Made by a program: the position numbers and the translations under genes. Under the pieces are notes generated by a model, which saw only the letters and a list, made by a program, of their open reading frames with translations, ran no database searches and had not been told where the DNA came from. Shown here in pieces: positions 11,307 to 21,367 of a stretch of 64,000 nt of DNA (position 1 is its first letter; each line of letters starts with the position of its first letter). The DNA comes from Myxococcota bacterium (lineage in GTDB: Bacteria > Myxococcota_A > Bradymonadia > UBA4248), in NCBI GenBank assembly GCA_045599585.1, contig JAZRWH010000088.1, positions 11,082 through 75,081 of the forward strand, given 5' to 3'.

Positions 11307-11377
11307 GTGGGCCGCGAATACGTTTTTTATCAATATTGATCGCGTATTTATTCGTGAAACAGCAAAGAATTGGTTGG

Positions 11378-13445
11378 TTACTTACAGTCACACTGATCTA
11401 GAGTGACGTTACCTTCTATTTCGCCAATTAGATTTTCTGTTGTGGATTTACCATTGCTGCACAGGTTGTCAGTAAAGCTAGAATCAGAGATCTGCGCTTT
11501 TTCATTATCTGTTCCAGTATATTTGCCGACGAGTCCTCCTTTCGCATCCCCGCCGCTGAGCATAGAAATCGATGTATCATCCGTCGGATATTGAAAGATT
11601 ACCTTAGCCTTTTGAATCAAGGTGTCTTTGGCCGTACCTGCAATGCCACCAACGTAACTTTGATCTTTAATATAGTTTGTATATTCTTGTTTTATATTTT
11701 TGGGAAGAATGCTTTCAATTGTCCCAAAAGATCCATTACTAGGATTAAATAGTGTTTTTACTGTGGCTGTAGATATTTTACTATTTTCGATGTCGCCAAC
11801 GATTCCGCCGACCGATCCAACTAGCGCATAAATTGATTTTTTAGGTGTAGTTGAACAATCATGATTATTCGAACAAATACAACTTGAATGTGGAGTAATA
11901 CAGGTGATGGTATGTGGTTGATTGTCGTAAGCCACATTTTCTAAATGCGTATTATGGGCCGTCCCGATCAATCCCCCGCAATGCATAGGGACAACTTTAG
12001 AAGCTCCACAAGATGAATCACAGTTCTCTGGAATAACGGCATCACAATAAACATACATATTGGCTGTTGAATTTGTAATTAGAGGTTCGCCAGACGCATC
12101 GCCTTCTGCGATGCCGATCATACCTCCCACCGAAAGATATGAAGTGTTTAGGTATTGAATATAACGTCTTGCTTGAACAGACCCTTGTACTGTACAATGA
12201 TCGATGACCGTGTTACCTACAACTGCACCTGCAATGGATCCGATAGGAATGGGCGTATTAGAGGCCTCTATAGTTAAGCTTATATCTATATTTAAATCTT
12301 TAACTGTAGCGCCGATGAGTTTACTAAATAATCCACATCCCGATTCTGTCGCTTGATTACAGTGTACAGTACCCATTGTTATGGTTTTGTTATTTCCATA
12401 AAATTTACCGGTAAAGCCAGGCATTTTATTTTCTAATGAACCGTCGCTCCATCCAATGCCCATCCAAGACAACTGATTAGTTTGGAGTAGTGGATAAAGA
12501 AAAAACCGAATATTGTTCATCAGAATATAGGCATTGTCTTTGTTTGTTTCGGTGTTCCAACGTGGATCTGATGATTGAAAACCGGCATTAGATATCTCAA
12601 ATTCATAAAAGTCTTGAGCATCTCCAATGCAAGCTGCTTTGATCAACGTACCATTGTCATTAATCGTTAGAAAGCCATCAGGGCAAATGCACATGCCACT
12701 ATTTTTTCTTGATTCATCGCAAGATTTTTCTTTTGGGCCTGTACATTTTACATTGGCGGTTTTCTCTACACAATCGTAATAGTTGCGTTTGATTTCTGAG
12801 TCTTCTGTTTGTATTGTTTCTTCGATTTGTATAATATTTTGTATGCACGTGTATTTTTTATAATCTTCGGCTTGTGGCTCAAGTATGATCTGATCATAAT
12901 TTTCGTCACGGTTGCATTGAAATACGCATTCTCCGTCGTCGCTGCAATAAGAAGTATTGCCCAGGTTATCGTCAGTACAACGCTTGATTTGGGATGGATT
13001 ATCGGGTGCATTGTATTTGGGGCCACAGTTCAAGGCAGAATTTTTTACGCAGCTTCCGTCTTCGATCATGTGATAACCATTTTCGCAAATACAATGGCCA
13101 TCGACTGGGGTGGTGTCATAGTGGTCTTGCGTATTACACACACATGCCATCTTGTATTTCTGCATGATCCATACAAACGGTTTGACATTCGCCATTAACA
13201 CATCGTCCGTTAGAAACGGATTTGTGGCAGTTGGTTCCAAGACTACCGCATTTTTCGTCTGTGTCTGCTTCACAGACGCCATCTTCATTGAGGTGAAGGA
13301 ACTTTTGCCCCTCATCGTTTAATATTTCTTCACACTCAAGATAGCTATCCACGGAACATGAGGTTAAAATATAAGCCATGCATACCGTTACGAGCGCGGC
13401 AGAATGCTTTTTGATGTATTTGTGGGTGTTGTGGTACACGTTCAT
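11378..13445 (-). pseudogene. Cys-rich/GLUG-motif surface lipoprotein, frameshifted at a (TG)n tract
   Basis: ORF 13134..13445 has the lipobox ILTSC and ends ...DGMCV*. ORF 11378..13315 continues CVCNTQDHY... in another frame and has repeated GG(L/I/M)(V/I/A)G GLUG-like motifs. Adding one TG at 13136-13144 joins them. Confidence 0.8.
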
Positions 13446-13627
13446 GAGGTTTCCTTAGTTATAGATTGAGGATCTGCTAACGAATAAGAAAGATGTTCAA
13501 GCGTGGCGCTTAAAATACTGTTTGGCAGACAAGTGCGTACGAAGCGGATTGCGTTCGTGCAGAAAGATATATAGAGCAATGATGTTTGCTTGTCGAATGC
13601 GTTTTGTTGAGGTTTGGAGAGAAGGCG

Positions 13628-13693
13628 GCCGCAGGCAGAGGGGGTAGCGGCGTATCTTCGAAGAAGATAGCCGCTCAGGGGGAGGCTTCCCCC
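13628..13693 (+). repeat. REP-like element copy 3 (minimal form)
   Basis: GCCGCAGGCAGAGGGGGTAGCGGCGTATCTTCGAAGAAGATAGCCGCTCAGGGGGAGGCTTCCCCC. Confidence 0.95.
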
Positions 13694-13906
13694 TTCATAA
13701 AAAACTGCGATGATGTGTTTGTGCAAACGTCTTGGGATGCGTTGATTGGTGCGACACGTAAAATGATATTTCAATCTGTAATTTTATTCGATATTTAACT
13801 ATAATCTTTTGTAGATAATACCTGCGCAATTATGTGCAGCATGCGTCACAGCTTTTCATCAGCTGCACAACATTGGGACACATCAACCACCATAGAGGAA
13901 TTTGCA

Positions 13907-14446
13907 ATGCCCTCTCTTTCCGATCTTTCAGACACAGCAGCTTTGGCCGAAGCCAAACGTCTATCACTCGTCATTATGGCACGCCGGGACAAACTCGACA
14001 CGTGGATCGGTGTACCTTCTTCATCACCAGCGCCTAAACCTGACGAAAATTCAGGGTTTACGATAGGCATGCTCGCTATGTTTCGCTATGCACGCGGGGA
14101 GGATGTACCTGACGCAATCGTGCGTGTATTCATCGACGATTTGCTCGAATTATTATTCTGTGGCTTGGCGAGTCCGAGCATGGCTTTACCAAGTTTTAGG
14201 CGCATGGAAGACCGCCCTTGGGCGCATGCTTGGCGAGCAGCCGAACTCCGTCTTATCCGCTCCGCACACGAAGACACCGATACAGGTACGCTTGCGCATC
14301 TTCTCAAAATACCATCAAATACACTCGCCAAGTATCTTATACAAAATGGTTGCGAACCTGATTGCGTTCCTGCTGCTAAGCTTGATGAAGTTTGTGAATT
14401 TTTTAAAAATCTTTCTGAACTTCCGCAGCAGCATATCATTAAATAA
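13907..14446 (+). CDS. Hypothetical protein
   Basis: ORF with AGAGGA upstream of the ATG at 13907 (MPSLSDLSD...); no family recognised. Confidence 0.7.
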   Translation: MPSLSDLSDTAALAEAKRLSLVIMARRDKLDTWIGVPSSSPAPKPDENSGFTIGMLAMFRYARGEDVPDAIVRVFIDDLLELLFCGLASPSMALPSFRRMEDRPWAHAWRAAELRLIRSAHEDTDTGTLAHLLKIPSNTLAKYLIQNGCEPDCVPAAKLDEVCEFFKNLSELPQQHIIK

Positions 14447-14551
14447 ACAAAGTTTGAAAGTTATCATTATTGACTGTATTATAATGTGACTCAAATGAAC
14501 GATTGTTATTATAAATTAGGTAATGCCTAGTTTGTAGAATTTGTAATAATA

Positions 14552-15169
14552 ATGAAACTACCGAATTTTTTTCATGAAATCGTGGCTGTTCTTGATCGTA
14601 CAATTCCAGATCCTCACATCCCGCTTGACTTTTCTGATCCCTATTCGCTGCTCATTGCGGTTGTATTGTCTGCACAATGCACAGACAAACGTGTGAATGA
14701 GGTCATGCCAGAATTGCTCAAGCACGGCAAAACGCCTGCCGAAATTGCATCGCTTGGCGTCGATAAAGTCACGGAAATTATAAAGCCGTGTGGTTTATAT
14801 ACACGAAAAGCGCCTGCTATTATAAAAATTAGCGAAACACTTCGCGATCAGTTTGACGGCCAGGTGCCATCCGATCGCAAAGCGCTCGAAGCCCTGCCTT
14901 GCGTCGGACGGAAAACGGCAAACGTCGTCCTCTCTCATGCATTTGGTATTCCTGCATTTCCTGTTGATACGCACATTTTGCGTCTCAGCGCACGCTGGAA
15001 TTGGTCACATGGCAAAACCGCCGACGCTGTCGAAAAAGATTTGTGCAAACTATTTCCACCCGAAGAATGGCTAAAACGACATCTTCAACTCATTCTTTTT
15101 GGACGCACTTACTGTAAAGCAACAGGCCACAAACCCGAAAGCTGTCCAGCCTGTGCCCTGCTTTTATAA
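14552..15169 (+). CDS. nth: Endonuclease III
   Basis: LLIAVVLSAQCTDKRVN, HhH motif LPCVGRKTANVV, FPVDTHILR, C-terminal Cys cluster. Confidence 0.95.
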   Translation: MKLPNFFHEIVAVLDRTIPDPHIPLDFSDPYSLLIAVVLSAQCTDKRVNEVMPELLKHGKTPAEIASLGVDKVTEIIKPCGLYTRKAPAIIKISETLRDQFDGQVPSDRKALEALPCVGRKTANVVLSHAFGIPAFPVDTHILRLSARWNWSHGKTADAVEKDLCKLFPPEEWLKRHLQLILFGRTYCKATGHKPESCPACALLL

Positions 15170-15192
15170 TATAATAAAGTATAATCATTTTA

Positions 15193-15277
15193 CGCTGCGC
15201 TATGGCTAGCCATACGCGCAGCGGCTTCGGCTATTGCTGCTTGCGCGCAATACGCCTCCGCACCTTGATGAGGGTGC
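15193..15277 (-). repeat. Bulged-hairpin doublet B plus a third small hairpin
   Basis: CGCTGCGC-TATGGC-TA-GCCATA-C-GCGCAGCG; GGC-TATTGC...GCAATA-C-GCC; then GCACCTT-GATG-AGGGTGC. Confidence 0.8.
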
Positions 15278-15304
15278 GTCACACTTTAAACAAAGGTTAA
15301 TACA

Positions 15305-16729
15305 ATGAACGATACCGAAGTTAAATCGTTGCTTGATCAAATCAAAAATAACCGTGAAGCTTATCAAAAATCCGGCTACGGCGCTCCAGCACGCGAAACG
15401 GATCTAACCACCGAACTTGCGCAATATGAATGTGCTGGTCTTACGGCACGACGCGCCCGGTTTGATGGTGAAGTCGGCATCGAACGCGATCCTATCGTCA
15501 TTGCGCGTGGTAAAGGTGCATTCATTTGGGACGCCGATGGACGCGTCTACGTCGATATGGGTGCCTGCTTTGCCGTTGCTGCCTACGGACACGCAAACGA
15601 CGAACTCGTTGAAGCGCTCAATACCCAAGCTCAAAAGCTCATGCACGGTATGGGCGATGTTTATCCCACCGATACAAAGATCGCTTTTCTTAAAAAACTC
15701 GCTGAAATGTGTCCTGGCAATCTCAATCAGGCTTTGCTCAGTCAGTCTGGTGCCGAAGCCATCGAAACCGCAACGAAAATGGCTCAGATTGCGACTAAAC
15801 GCTCCCGCTTTATTGCCTTTGAAAACTGTTATCACGGTTTAAGTTATGGTGCGCTTTCACTCACAGGCCACTCAGACGAATTTAAACGTCCTTTTAAGAG
15901 CCGCATCTGTGCCGAAACGACCTATGTTCCCTATGCCTACTGTGCACGCTGTGCCTATGGCAAAACGCCTGATTCCTGTGAGTTTGCCTGCCTTAAACAT
16001 ATCGAACGACTGCTTAAAGCACCTTCTAGCGGGGCTGCCGATGTTGCAGCCATCATTGCTGAACCCGTTCAAGGACGAGGTGGCGACGTCGTACCGCCTA
16101 AGGGCTGGCTCAAGGCACTGCGTGATCTTTGTACGCGCAACGGCGTTTTGCTTATTTTGGATGAGATTTACACTGGTTTTGGCCGTACGGGCGCCCGTTT
16201 TGCTTGCTGCCACGAAGAGGTCGTCCCTGATATTCTTTGTTTGGGCAAAGCCATGACAGGCGGTTTTCCGCTTTCGGCAGCCATTGCAACGCCCGAAGTC
16301 CTCAAACACTGGCCGCTCAATACAGCAGAAGCCATTCATACCAGCACGTTTTTGGGTAATCCAATGGGGTGTGCAGTCGGACTCAAAGCCCTGGAAATCT
16401 TAGAGCGAGATCATCTTCCCGAACGCGCTGCAGAGCTCGGTGCCTGGCTAAAAGATGCGTTGCAGCGTATTGCTCAAAGCCGTACGGACATTATCCGAGA
16501 AGTTCGAGGCAAAGGTTTTATGATCGGCATCGAGTTTTCGCAAAAAGATGGTACGCCTCGCACTGATCTTGCGCTCAAAGTCGTTGATCTCATGCGAGAT
16601 CGTGGTTTTATGCTCCTGCCAAGTGGGCCCTGGTCACAAGTCGTATCGCTTTCGCCTGCACTCGTTACGCCCAAAGCCTGCCTTGAAGCCTTCCTTCAAA
16701 ACTTTGAAGAAGTCTTAGCTATTTTGTAA
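15305..16729 (+). CDS. Class III PLP-dependent aminotransferase (GabT/ArgD-like)
   Basis: SGAEAIETATK, FENCYHG, IIAEPVQGRGG, LILDEIYTGFGRTG, PDILCLGKAMTGG, HTSTFLGNP. Confidence 0.92.
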   Translation: MNDTEVKSLLDQIKNNREAYQKSGYGAPARETDLTTELAQYECAGLTARRARFDGEVGIERDPIVIARGKGAFIWDADGRVYVDMGACFAVAAYGHANDELVEALNTQAQKLMHGMGDVYPTDTKIAFLKKLAEMCPGNLNQALLSQSGAEAIETATKMAQIATKRSRFIAFENCYHGLSYGALSLTGHSDEFKRPFKSRICAETTYVPYAYCARCAYGKTPDSCEFACLKHIERLLKAPSSGAADVAAIIAEPVQGRGGDVVPPKGWLKALRDLCTRNGVLLILDEIYTGFGRTGARFACCHEEVVPDILCLGKAMTGGFPLSAAIATPEVLKHWPLNTAEAIHTSTFLGNPMGCAVGLKALEILERDHLPERAAELGAWLKDALQRIAQSRTDIIREVRGKGFMIGIEFSQKDGTPRTDLALKVVDLMRDRGFMLLPSGPWSQVVSLSPALVTPKACLEAFLQNFEEVLAIL

Positions 16730-16789
16730 TTCAAAATGCAGTCGATCATGATCGACGACACTCATCATTTATATGATTTAGATTTAGAT

Positions 16790-17965
16790 TTAGATCCATC
16801 TTCGCCTTATGATGCGGGCAATCATGCCATCAAAAGCCCCCGTGACGACTTCGTTGGGCATATATCCCGTTTCGATGCGCACATCTTGATCGCTATCATA
16901 GGGTGAATGTGGCCAATCATACCCATCGAAGACGGGGAGCGGTGCAGGACCTGGTCGTTCTGCAAAATAACGATTTTCTTCGACTTCGACGTGTTCGGTA
17001 TCGATCGGTTCTGACGTAAATAAGGCTTCGTCAAGTGAATGGCCGCACTCCAGCATGAGTGCGGCGCGTACGAGATCGATGCCTGTCGCCATTTCTGTCA
17101 CACCATGTTCTACTTGTAGACGAGGATTTACTTCGAGAAGGTGGATTTGTCCATCGGCAGCAACGATCGTTTCGAGTGTCCCCCAAGATTTATAGCCAAG
17201 CGATGCAAAAGCAGCTTCGATTCGTGCTACAAACGGACGAATCCATGCTTCCGAATTAAAAGCGACGTGAAACTCGCGTTGCTTTTGACATCGTTTTTGA
17301 TCGGAGCAATCACGGACGCCCAGGACGCGAGCTTTTCCGCTGCCGTCGCCAAAAATCTGAAATTCAATATGTCTTCCCGAAACGAGTGGTTCGGCATAGT
17401 ACGCATTGAGGCTGTTGGTCTGTGTGAGGTCGTGGAGCTGCTGCACAAGATTAGCTGCAGATCCACACAGGTAAATCCCCTTTCCTCCACCGCCCATGCG
17501 ATTTTTTAAAACCCAATTTTGTTGGGAGGCTTGAGCCAATTTGTCTGTAAATTGTGGGTCATCACAGCAAAGATAGTGTTGAGGTAAACCGAGCGGGGGA
17601 GCGAGCTTTTTGAGCGTTTCGAGTTTGTCCCCAAAAAGGGCGAGTTGCGATGTCTTGGGGCCAACAAAGTGAATGCCGCTTAAACGACATTGTTGTGCAA
17701 AAATAGCAGTTTCGCTCAAAAAACCCCAACCGGGCAAAAGGGCTTCGCAGTGGCGTTGGTGTGCTGCTTCGATAAGATTCTCGGCATGAACAAAAGCATC
17801 TCGATCTGCACCCGTTACGATGATCTCATCGGCTTTCGATTCGGGAAGGGATAATCGGTCGTTTGTGCCGACGGCCAATACCGCCTCAATGCCGAGCGCA
17901 TGAACTCCATCTATTAATCTTGCGGCACAATCCGCGCGGTTTGCAATCAGAACCCGTTTATACAT
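16790..17965 (-). CDS. Biotin carboxylase-like ATP-grasp protein, divergent and short at the C-terminus
   Basis: KRVLIANRADCA, PGWGFLSE, GGGGKG, RHIEFQIFGD, RDCS.Q, LEVNPRLQVEHGVTE. Confidence 0.85.
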   Translation of the reverse strand: MYKRVLIANRADCAARLIDGVHALGIEAVLAVGTNDRLSLPESKADEIIVTGADRDAFVHAENLIEAAHQRHCEALLPGWGFLSETAIFAQQCRLSGIHFVGPKTSQLALFGDKLETLKKLAPPLGLPQHYLCCDDPQFTDKLAQASQQNWVLKNRMGGGGKGIYLCGSAANLVQQLHDLTQTNSLNAYYAEPLVSGRHIEFQIFGDGSGKARVLGVRDCSDQKRCQKQREFHVAFNSEAWIRPFVARIEAAFASLGYKSWGTLETIVAADGQIHLLEVNPRLQVEHGVTEMATGIDLVRAALMLECGHSLDEALFTSEPIDTEHVEVEENRYFAERPGPAPLPVFDGYDWPHSPYDSDQDVRIETGYMPNEVVTGAFDGMIARIIRRRWI

Positions 17966-18089
17966 TTGTTACGTTTCCAGACTTATTGAACAATTTGTCG
18001 TAGATTTCGCACGTATTCGCTCTGACAAGTCAACGACGTGCGAGGCTGTGACGGATACTATGCCCACCTTGAACGGACAATAAAACGAT

Positions 18090-18196
18090 TTTTCCACAAT
18101 TTTTACGCATTAGGTGGATAGGGGGAGCCAGGCTGTGGATTGGTTGTGGTGTATCTGTGGATAACTTGTGGAAAAATAAGTAAAATTTGTGGATAA
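18090..18196. promoter_or_regulatory. DnaA-box cluster, putative oriC
   Basis: Perfect TTWTNCACA boxes at 18090-98 (+) and 18156-64, 18167-75, 18188-96 (-); degenerate boxes at 18113, 18134 and 18145. Starts 18134/18145/18156/18167 are exactly 11 bp apart. AT-rich flank. Confidence 0.75.
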
Positions 18197-18438
18197 CTCA
18201 GATAAATAGATACAATCTCCGTACATTTTAAAAAAGTTCATGTCACAAATGAACAAAATGCGTTGTGGTTCGTACCAAGCAAGCAAATGCGCACGTCAAG
18301 CAGTGCAGAGATAGGACGATACTTTTTGCAAAACATCCCAAAATCGTTCTTGCCAAAAAAAGCGCACGGTCTAAACTGGACTTACCGGTGCAAAACCGTG
18401 GGCTGTTCTCTTTAATTTTACAATTTAGGAGATTTACC

Positions 18439-19089
18439 ATGAAAAAAAGCATCATTATTACAATCATTCTCACGATTTTATTGTTTGTTGTTTCGGGAGT
18501 GTTTGTTGCGCTCATGCCTGATTCAGTGCCGATTCATTTTAATGCGGCAGGCACAGCAGACGCCTATGGCTCGCCACTCACGTACATGATCTTTCCAATT
18601 TGTTGCGTGTTTATTGCCTGTGTTTTAGTTGTAGCGCAGGTCATTAGTCGTGTCCGAGGGTTAGGATCTGATAATTTGGCACTTTCTTATATTACAAATG
18701 GTGCATTAGTTTTGCTCAACCTAATCAACCTATGTATTTGTATCAATGCCTTTATATATGGTTCGCCCAATGCTTACGTGCGCGGTGATTTTTTGATTCG
18801 GATTATTTTTGTTGGCGTGGGTATTTTTCAGATTTTTATGAGCCACTGGATTCCCATGCTTCCGCGTCATTATGCTAAAGAGAACAAAAAAATACTTACC
18901 GAAGAGAGTTACAATGTCATCATGCAATTTATCAAAAAAAGTGGGATGTACCATGGTGGTCTTATAGCGTTGACGGCTTTATTTGTACCACTCATACCTG
19001 AAACGATGATTGTTGTTGGACTTTACGTGATCTGGAGTATGGTTGTAGTGATTTATGCGAGCAAAAAGCTTCGTACGAATGCCGCATAA
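18439..19089 (+). CDS. DUF1648/SdpI-like membrane protein
   Basis: AGGAG RBS before the ATG at 18439; MPDSVPIHFNAAGTADAYGS is the DUF1648 motif; multiple TM segments; lower GC. Confidence 0.85.
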   Translation: MKKSIIITIILTILLFVVSGVFVALMPDSVPIHFNAAGTADAYGSPLTYMIFPICCVFIACVLVVAQVISRVRGLGSDNLALSYITNGALVLLNLINLCICINAFIYGSPNAYVRGDFLIRIIFVGVGIFQIFMSHWIPMLPRHYAKENKKILTEESYNVIMQFIKKSGMYHGGLIALTALFVPLIPETMIVVGLYVIWSMVVVIYASKKLRTNAA

Positions 19090-19132
19090 CGAGACAAAAA
19101 CAATTTTATTATTATCTCTAAAAGTTCAAATT

Positions 19133-19182
19133 GACAGCAATGATATATAACTCAATATAAATATCATTGCTGTCTCACTAAA
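19133..19182. repeat. 14-bp perfect inverted repeat matching the ends of the MITE-like element
   Basis: GACAGCAATGATAT-N14-ATATCATTGCTGTC. CATTGCTGTCTCACTAAA matches the reverse complement of 27853-27870 at 17/18 positions. Confidence 0.7.
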
Positions 19183-19325
19183 CGTTCGTTTTACTGAAGC
19201 GAAATTAACTCAGTAAATGAATATTTCTTGTATATTAAAAAATCGTGGGGCAAAGCTGAGCCTTATAGAAGCGAATGCACGTGGTACACGCTTTTTGTAT
19301 GATTGTACAGATTGAGCATGAAACT

Positions 19326-19361
19326 GCGAAGCCGTATTGCCCGACGGGCAATAGGCGAAGC
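19326..19361 (+). repeat. Bulged hairpin C (single copy)
   Basis: GCGAAGCC-G-TATTGCCC-GAC-GGGCAATA-GGCGAAGC followed by an A tract; lies just downstream of the minus-strand rhomboid gene. Confidence 0.8.
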
Positions 19362-19388
19362 AAAAAAATAAAATGCGTTGCAGTATAA

Positions 19389-20510
19389 TTAGAAACGAAT
19401 TTGATCACACAGCATTGTGAAAGGCAGGGGACGATTGTCTTCTTTTTGGGATGCAAATTGTTCATCAGCGCGTTTACACAGCGTATTCGCCGTTTTGTAA
19501 TCTTTGCGCAGTGCATTTACGAGAATGTAGTTTCGCCACGCGTTAGGATTGTTGTTATCAGCGTCAAAAGCAGTTTTGCATGACGTAAGCGCTTGATCGT
19601 AGTTTTTGATCAATAGATTTTGCTCACATTCTCTTTGAGATTTTTCATTTCCGCCAACGATGCCAAGCGTACAAAAAGCGGGGATGATGACCGCGAGTGA
19701 GCCAAGGCAGAGCGCGTAGGAGAGTCGATACTGCCAACGTTTGGTAAAACCAGTTGCATTAAGTCGCGGTAGGATAAGGCCGGCGATGAGACCGACGACA
19801 AGGCCGGCGATGTGCGCGATGTTGTCGATGCCGTGTCCCATGGATTTGGCTATCGAACCGTTGACGAGAATGCCGAATCCAACGGTTGCAGCTGCTGCTG
19901 TCAGCATACTATTGCGGATTTTGAGCGAAAGAGGCGTGTGTTCTCGATGGGCTGCAATACCGGCCATTGCGATCAGAGCCATGATTGCCCCGCTTGCACC
20001 GGCAACAACGATCCCCGCGTCACCGATAAGATTAGAGGCTGTCATGGATGCAGCGCCCAAAAAGACAAAAGCGCCAAAGGTGACTGGAGCTCCAAAAGTA
20101 CGTTCGACATAAGGTCCAACGTAACGCAAAGCCATCATATTAAAAAGAATGTGGACTAATCCGAGATGCGCAAAGTTTGCCGTAAACACACGCCACCAAA
20201 CCAGTTCGCCCTTTATCTGAGCTCCCCAGCGCAGTACGATTTCGGCGGGTGGCGTAAAAAGAGCATCTTGCAGCGTAAAATCCGGATGGAGTAAAATATC
20301 GATCGTCAAAACCACGAACAGCAGAATATTCAAAAAAAGGAGCATTCGCGTTGCAGGGCTTGCCGTGGGGATTACAGCTTTGCCTAAGCGTTGAAGGACG
20401 ATTTCGCCACGCGTCAATTGCGCGCTTTTGCAGTATGGGCATTGGGCGAAATCTATTTCAAGTTCGGCCTGACAGCCGATGCAATTCTTTTTCGCGGTTT
20501 TTTTAGGCAT
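19389..20510 (-). CDS. Rhomboid intramembrane serine protease with an N-terminal zinc ribbon and a C-terminal TPR-like region
   Basis: WWRVFTANFAHLGLVHILFNM, catalytic AGASGA, IDNIAHIAG; N-terminal CIGC...CPYC. Confidence 0.92.
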   Translation of the reverse strand: MPKKTAKKNCIGCQAELEIDFAQCPYCKSAQLTRGEIVLQRLGKAVIPTASPATRMLLFLNILLFVVLTIDILLHPDFTLQDALFTPPAEIVLRWGAQIKGELVWWRVFTANFAHLGLVHILFNMMALRYVGPYVERTFGAPVTFGAFVFLGAASMTASNLIGDAGIVVAGASGAIMALIAMAGIAAHREHTPLSLKIRNSMLTAAAATVGFGILVNGSIAKSMGHGIDNIAHIAGLVVGLIAGLILPRLNATGFTKRWQYRLSYALCLGSLAVIIPAFCTLGIVGGNEKSQRECEQNLLIKNYDQALTSCKTAFDADNNNPNAWRNYILVNALRKDYKTANTLCKRADEQFASQKEDNRPLPFTMLCDQIRF

Positions 20511-20747
20511 GATCAGTGCTCTCAAATCTTTAGGACGTACCATACGGCCTATCATTAAAAACACGCTTTTGTGCCTTTAACTTCCCTATATTACTATAAT
20601 TAGAGCTTGATGTCACACTTGCACATACCAAGAGCGGTTTGTCAGTGTTTTCTTGCGTTATAAAGACAAACTCGATTCAACGTGCTAAACTGTTCGTGTC
20701 AGTTCGGGCTGGCAGACGACAAAACGCGAACTTAAAGGTAGAACGTT

Positions 20748-21341
20748 ATGCAAAAAAGAAGATGTGTATTTCGAGATAACCCCGATCCCAACGACCCCGA
20801 ATTTTTCGAAAAGGTCATGAGCGTCATACAGCGCTTAGGCTCCAATGGGGCTGAGCTTATTCTCATGAGTGACGAATCCTCCGAAGTTACGCAGCTTCAC
20901 CAGATTACCTGGCAAAGTGCGAACGAAGAGCTTCAAACGGAACTTTCTATTGTTCGCGATCTGCACAACGAAGTCTGCTATGCGACGATCTCCTCCAAAC
21001 AGGCATGGATTGTTAAAGAAGCCGAGACTGCTTTTCGCGAGACGATCGATTGTTATACGATTGGCGAACTCGTCGATACCTGCCATGGTCGTTTTTACGA
21101 TGCCCAACTTCTCATTGCGCTTGGTTTACTTGCTCGAAAACCAGACGCAGATATCATACGCACGCTTTCGGAAGCACTTGATCACGACCTACCTCGCACG
21201 CGTTGCTGTGCCGCCCGTGCCATTGCTTTCACGCAGTGGAGCGTTTTCATTCCCGATCTCGAGATCATGCTTAAAATGGAAGATGATCCTACAGCCCGTG
21301 ACATGGGCGAACGTGCACTTGAGATTTGTGAACGTCGTTAG
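20748..21341 (+). CDS. Hypothetical protein with C-terminal HEAT-like repeats
   Basis: 197-aa ORF; LSEALDHDLPRTRCCAARAIA...EDDPTARDMGERAL is HEAT-like. Confidence 0.7.
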   Translation: MQKRRCVFRDNPDPNDPEFFEKVMSVIQRLGSNGAELILMSDESSEVTQLHQITWQSANEELQTELSIVRDLHNEVCYATISSKQAWIVKEAETAFRETIDCYTIGELVDTCHGRFYDAQLLIALGLLARKPDADIIRTLSEALDHDLPRTRCCAARAIAFTQWSVFIPDLEIMLKMEDDPTARDMGERALEICERR

Positions 21342-21367
21342 ACGCGCTGAATTCTTTGGGCTTATAT

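Noticed and set aside
13442-13774. Short ORFs sharing peptides such as GGSLPLSGYLLRRYAATPS, PPERLS or DTPLPP (also 29912..30178, 32934..33140, 47815..48000, 53237..53500)
   Set aside because: They are translations through the REP-like element in different frames and strands, with no consistent start or RBS, so they are not a protein family.
15110-15169. Nth C-terminus with only three Cys (CKATGHKPESCPAC) as a sign of pseudogenisation
   Set aside because: The catalytic HhH Lys and the Asp motif are intact, and the His could supply the fourth ligand; this looks like a natural variant.
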